Shown piece by piece: positions 37,951 through 38,747 of a stretch of DNA of 38,747 bases. The notes under the pieces were generated by a model. The model made no database searches. It was not told the DNA's origin and saw nothing but the letters and a program-made list of their open reading frames with translations. This stretch comes from Candidatus Thorarchaeota archaeon (GTDB lineage: Archaea > Asgardarchaeota > Thorarchaeia > Thorarchaeales > Thorarchaeaceae). Position 1 is the first letter of the stretch; each line of letters begins with the position of its first letter. The stretch covers positions 1-38,747 of the forward strand of contig SDNP01000029.1 in assembly GCA_004524445.1 (NCBI GenBank), in the 5' to 3' direction. The position numbers were made by a program, and so were the translations under genes.

Positions 37951-38747
37951 CAACCGACACCTCCTAGTCGAATATTGCGGAATCGGATTTCTCCGCCGCC
38001 TGCATAGACAGGGATTCCCTGCATGGGATCACTTTTTCCGCATGTTCCTGGAAACTCAAATTTCAGATTCTTCGAAATGGCATCAACCGAGCTGAGTAGT
38101 CCAACACTAGTTGTTTCTAGGACAGGTCTCCTAACCATTGTATCCGTTAATTCTCCATCCCTAATCAGGTACGCCTCTGAACCAGAATATTTCGATTGAT
38201 AACGTCTGTCGTCTATATTCCATTCCTGAAAACTCCTCATGTACACTCCAAGCTCCACATCTTCAATTAACTCCTCAAATGAGTGGTCTCCAGGTTCAAA
38301 GTATGTATTTGCCATTCGTATTATTGGCTCTCTGTCAAACCCAGTTGATCGAGCAGCTCCATTGCTCCCCAGACCGAACTTCTGACCAAACTCTCGATTG
38401 AGAAGTGGTTCGTTAATGATTCCATCTTTGATGAGTTCTCGCTTTCTTGCCTTGACACACTCATCATCAAAAAGATAGAATCCACTTGTGTTTGGGATTG
38501 TTGGGTCCTCAGAAACACTCACAACATCGGACCCTACTCGAGATTCACCAATCTTCAGGTCCCTCCAGAAACTCTCGCCCGCTTGGGCACCTTCTCGGCC
38601 CATGATACGATCTCCCTCTGAGGGGTGACCTACATTCTCGTGAGCTATTATCCCTGCAACTTCATGTCCCACAATCATGTCAATGGGTTGATCCATCAAT
38701 TCACTGACTTTTTCCGCCTTATCCGTCGTCTCCTTTAGTCGAGCTAC
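37950..38747 (-). CDS. tldD: TldD metalloprotease (5'-truncated by window edge)
   Basis: HENVGHPSEGD zinc motif, SNGAAR, PIIRMANT, CGK; frame is open to the window end. Confidence 0.92.
   Translation of the reverse strand, partial: VARLKETTDKAEKVSELMDQPIDMIVGHEVAGIIAHENVGHPSEGDRIMGREGAQAGESFWRDLKIGESRVGSDVVSVSEDPTIPNTSGFYLFDDECVKARKRELIKDGIINEPLLNREFGQKFGLGSNGAARSTGFDREPIIRMANTYFEPGDHSFEELIEDVELGVYMRSFQEWNIDDRRYQSKYSGSEAYLIRDGELTDTMVRRPVLETTSVGLLSSVDAISKNLKFEFPGTCGKSDPMQGIPVYAGGGEIRFRNIRLGGVG

Overview
Gene-dense chromosomal segment, most likely from an Asgard archaeon (Thorarchaeota-like). This is an inference from the Rab-like GTPase, heliorhodopsin, archaeal TATA-box promoters and peptide-fermentation gene content; no rRNA marker is present. 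Contents in order: two carbamoyltransferase paralogues separated by a frameshifted relic and acylphosphatase; a divergent oppA / oppBCDF peptide transporter; a ~7 kb block in which two permease-less OppD-like ATPases (one catalytically degenerate) bracket a DUF362 Fe-S protein, a DinB protein and an isolated, motif-altered rnfD-rnfC pair; amidohydrolase, Ntn-hydrolase, DapA-family aldolase, an atypical citrate-synthase homologue and bacterial-type GAPDH; a heliorhodopsin head-to-head with a 50-aa Cys/His protein; an M20 peptidase; an IS200/IS605-like end relic; two tandem DUF4139 genes; an orphan response regulator; a rubredoxin missed by the ORF track; a thioredoxin-like protein; a Rab-like GTPase; and tldD/tldE. 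No rRNA, tRNA or CRISPR array was seen. The best candidates for something new are the ATPase/Fe-S/RnfCD block, the heliorhodopsin locus and the non-canonical transcarbamylase. All family calls come from motif recognition by eye, not database searches.
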